The position numbers and the translations under genes were made by a program. This document shows positions 61,013-64,000 of a stretch of DNA of 64,000 nt, piece after piece. A model generated the notes under the pieces. That model did no database searches. It worked only from the letters and a program-made list of their open reading frames with translations, and was not told where the DNA came from. The stretch lies in NCBI GenBank assembly GCA_965219685.1, contig CBDCOH010000002.1, forward strand, positions 2,560,001-2,624,000, read 5' to 3'. Positions within the stretch are counted from its first letter, which is position 1, and the number at the start of each line of letters is the position of its first letter. The DNA comes from Candidatus Spongiisociaceae bacterium. GTDB lineage: Bacteria; Actinomycetota; Acidimicrobiia; Spongiisociales; Spongiisociaceae.

Positions 61013-61051
61013 AGACCGCGGGGTCGCTAGGCAATGGCGAACGGTGTCCGG

Positions 61052-61125
<74 letters not shown>

Positions 61126-61159
61126 TAGGGCGAGTCTACTCGAATCCGCACCGCCCACA

Positions 61160-62419
61160 TCAGACCGGGGTCCTCGAAACTCTCATCTTGGATATCCGGC
61201 GGCGATCCATCACCAGCACGGTGAAGAGCAACCCCTCGTACTCGACGCGGTCCCCGGCTACGGGTATGCGACCGGACACGAACAGGAAGAGACCGGCCAC
61301 CGTTGAGTAGGGACCGTCCTCCACCAGCGCACCGGTCGCCTCCTCGAACTCGTCGATCGGAGTCTTGCCGTCGACCAACCACGTGTCATCGCCGAGCGGT
61401 AGGGCGGTCGGAGCCCGCGGGTCGTACTCATCCTGGAGTCCCCCCACCAGCTCGCCTACGAGATCCTTGATCGTGACGAGGCCGTCAACTCCGCCATGCT
61501 CGTCCATGACCATCGCTATCCCGGTCCGGCGCGCACGCAGATCCCGGAGCACCCGCATCACGGGAGCACTCTCCGGCGCGTAGTAGGGCGTCCGGAGCAG
61601 GCCTAGTACGCCGTCCGGATCGAGTTCGTCCTGCTGGCTCAGCACATCCTTGGCGTAGAGAACACCCCGGACCGAATCCAGGTTCTCCTGCTCGCTGACC
61701 ACCGGAAAGCGAGAGTGTGCTGTGGCCGCCACCGCATGGCGGACTGCCCCGGAGGTCACGGGCATGGGGAGGCTGACTATGTCGACCCTTGGCGTCATCA
61801 CATCCCTGACCGGCTGATCAGCGGTCTCGAACAGGCGCTCGATGATCTCCCTCTCCGCCGAGTCGATCTCGCCCCTGCTCTCGCCGAGGATGGCAAGAGC
61901 CCTCACATCAGCCAGGGTCACTGTCCGCTCCTGCGAAGGCGGCAGCCGGAACAGTCTGATGATCCCGGTTCCGAGGCCGATGAACACCCGTGATATGGGC
62001 CGGAGTCCCACGGCCAGCACCCACACCGGCAGGGCCGCCAGCAATCCGTACCTCTCGGGATAGCGGGCGGCCAGCGTCTTCGGGGTCACTTCGCCCACAA
62101 CCAGAACAAGGATGGTCACCACCACCGTCGAAATGACCGTTCCCCATCCCTCCCCCACCAGGCTGATGGCCACAGCGGCTGCCACGGACGTGGCCAGGAT
62201 GTTCACGAAGTTGTTGGCGACGAGGATCGTGCTGATCGATCCCTCGAGATCGAGCACCAGAGCCTCCAGGCGACGTCCCCGTCTTCCCGTTCCGGCCAGT
62301 TGCTGGACCCGTTCCCTCGGCACCGCGGTCAGGGCGGTCTCGCTGCCCGACAGGAATCCCGAAGACAGCAGACACAACGCGAACACAACCAGCAGGACCA
62401 AGCGCAGGGACCCGATCAT
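61160..62419 (-). CDS. Hemolysin/CNNM family protein (CNNM-CBS-CorC)
   Basis: SGFLSGSETAL, ILVANNFVN, GEVTPK, VMTPR, HSRFPV and VMDEHGG..GLVT..DL. Confidence 0.93.
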   Translation of the reverse strand: MIGSLRLVLLVVFALCLLSSGFLSGSETALTAVPRERVQQLAGTGRRGRRLEALVLDLEGSISTILVANNFVNILATSVAAAVAISLVGEGWGTVISTVVVTILVLVVGEVTPKTLAARYPERYGLLAALPVWVLAVGLRPISRVFIGLGTGIIRLFRLPPSQERTVTLADVRALAILGESRGEIDSAEREIIERLFETADQPVRDVMTPRVDIVSLPMPVTSGAVRHAVAATAHSRFPVVSEQENLDSVRGVLYAKDVLSQQDELDPDGVLGLLRTPYYAPESAPVMRVLRDLRARRTGIAMVMDEHGGVDGLVTIKDLVGELVGGLQDEYDPRAPTALPLGDDTWLVDGKTPIDEFEEATGALVEDGPYSTVAGLFLFVSGRIPVAGDRVEYEGLLFTVLVMDRRRISKMRVSRTPV

Positions 62420-62447
62420 CGGAACACCGGAGGACCCGGGCGTCGGG

Positions 62448-62810
62448 TCAGCGGTCCACTCCCAGCGGAGTGACCCCGGCGAGAACGGAGCGCAACTCCT
62501 GGGCGGCGAAGGGCTTCAGCAACCAAGCATCCGCACCGGCCCTCTTGGCGATGAACGCATCGGCTCGGCGGTCCAACAGCAGCACGATAGGACCGACTCC
62601 AGGATTCGCTCCCTTCAAGGCCCTCGTGATCGCCATGCCCCCCATCGAGCCGACCTGCATGTCGACGATCGCCAGGTCAGCGCCCTCCGCGACGGCCACC
62701 ACCTCAGCGTCGTAGGGGTCAGGCACGCTCACGACCTCGTGACTACCGCTCAGGGCCGCCCGGACCTGGTTCCGAACCCACGGGACATCGCACACCAGCA
62801 ATACCTTCAC
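62448..62810 (-). CDS. Stand-alone response-regulator receiver domain protein
   Basis: VLLVCD, IVDMQ..MGGM, LLLDR.AD and AGAD..L.KPF. Confidence 0.85.
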   Translation of the reverse strand: MKVLLVCDVPWVRNQVRAALSGSHEVVSVPDPYDAEVVAVAEGADLAIVDMQVGSMGGMAITRALKGANPGVGPIVLLLDRRADAFIAKRAGADAWLLKPFAAQELRSVLAGVTPLGVDR

Positions 62811-62906
62811 GGTGCCACTGTAGCGACTCTGCCGAGAGCCTCACCGATCCCACCGATCCCCGCCGTCCCGGCTGGGAAGCAGCACCCATCTATCATCCCC
62901 GCTGCC

Positions 62907-64000
62907 ATGAAGCTCCGTTCTTCCATCCTCCTCGGCATGATCGCCGTGTTCCTGCTCGCGCCAGGAGCCGGACTCGTGATGGCCGACGACGAGGAAACCC
63001 GCGTCGAGATAATCGAGATCAGCGGCAACCTCGACAGGGCGGCGCTCGACTTCGTCGCCAACCGGATCGATGCTGCCGCCCTGTCGGGCGCACGGGCTGC
63101 CATCATCCAGATCGACTCGAGCGCCACGTTGTCGGCTGCGGTGCATCATCTGGTTGCCCGCATAGCAGACCCTCCCCTGCCGCTCGTGGTCTGGGTCGGA
63201 CCGGAACCTGCCGTAGCCTTCGGCGGCGCCGCCCACATGCTGGCAGCGGCGCCGATCAGAGCGGCGGCTCCCGGGGTCCGGATCGGATACACGGACCCGG
63301 TCGTCGCCGGGAACCGCTCTCCGCTCGGTCCCGGGCACCCGCTTGCCGGCTACTCCAACAGCGTGGTCGAGGTGGACGGACCTATTGAGGGCCTCGTCGA
63401 CATCGTCGCTCCGTCGCTCAGCAACCTCATGGTCGAGTTGGCGGGCCGAACGGTACCGGTCCGCGGCCAGACGAGGACGCTCGACACCGTCCGGATCACG
63501 GCGGACGGGACGGTGGCAGTCCCGACCCTGTTCCACGAACCGGGCGTTGTGGTGCGACTCCTGCGGATCGCGACCGGAGCAGAGGCCGCGTTCTTCTTCA
63601 TCATGGTGGGACTCGCCGTCGTCGCCTTCGAGTTCTACGCTCTCGGACCCGGAATCGGTGCCGCCGTCGCCGCCGTCTGCCTGTTGATCGGGGGCTACGG
63701 GCTCGCGGTACTTCCTCTCCGCAGTTGGGCCGTCGCGATGGCGCTCCTCGGGATATGGTTCCTGACCGCAGACTTCCAGCGAGGCCGCAGCGGGCCTCTG
63801 ACAGCAGCCGGCGCTGTCTCGATGATGATCGGAGGCCTGTTCTTCACAGATGCCGCGCCCCAGATCCGACAATCGTGGTGGATAGTCCTCGTGATCGTGA
63901 TCTCGGTCACGGTGTTCTACATAGTGGGCATGCGCACCGTGGCCAGGGCGAGGTTCTCGACCCCGACAGTAGGGAGGGACCACCTCGTAGGCGAGGGCGG
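62907..64000 (+). CDS. NfeD-like membrane protein (3'-partial; not in the ORF track because it runs off the window)
   Basis: Translated by hand from ATG 62907: signal peptide MKLRSSILLGMIAVFLLA, ClpP-like region IIQIDS...PLVVWVGPE...AAAPGVRIG, TM region with FEFY..GPGIG, ending RARFSTPTVGRDHLVGEG. Confidence 0.82.
   Translation, partial: MKLRSSILLGMIAVFLLAPGAGLVMADDEETRVEIIEISGNLDRAALDFVANRIDAAALSGARAAIIQIDSSATLSAAVHHLVARIADPPLPLVVWVGPEPAVAFGGAAHMLAAAPIRAAAPGVRIGYTDPVVAGNRSPLGPGHPLAGYSNSVVEVDGPIEGLVDIVAPSLSNLMVELAGRTVPVRGQTRTLDTVRITADGTVAVPTLFHEPGVVVRLLRIATGAEAAFFFIMVGLAVVAFEFYALGPGIGAAVAAVCLLIGGYGLAVLPLRSWAVAMALLGIWFLTADFQRGRSGPLTAAGAVSMMIGGLFFTDAAPQIRQSWWIVLVIVISVTVFYIVGMRTVARARFSTPTVGRDHLVGEG

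Overview
High-GC chromosomal window that reads as actinobacterial, probably Acidimicrobiia (inferred from gene content, Thr/Ala-rich lipoprotein linkers and frequent leaderless starts). Most of it is housekeeping or metabolic: selD, greA, mgtE, nadE, tyrA, aroF, pheA, clpS, proC, udk, rpmB, amt, pfk, mce, murJ, ask-asd and tRNA-Pro(CGG). It also holds a CoxSLM-like molybdenum hydroxylase cluster with maturation genes. The best candidate for an undescribed system is a LacI-controlled operon with a visible palindromic operator. It links a BMP-family nucleoside ABC importer, a queuosine-salvage hydrolase (DUF2419/QNG1-like), an MFS transporter and a nucleoside hydrolase, with a divergent ribokinase. 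Other points of note: a selenocysteine-encoding selD missed by the ORF track, a PDZ/propeller/5'-nucleotidase fusion lipoprotein that has lost most of its metal ligands, a hicA frameshifted at a G6 run, a convergent restriction-modification pair, a hendecad-repeat membrane protein, two candidate structured RNAs and a family of dispersed 7-nt tandem repeats. I found no CRISPR array, rRNA, integrase or transposase. All family calls come from motif recognition by eye; no searches were run.
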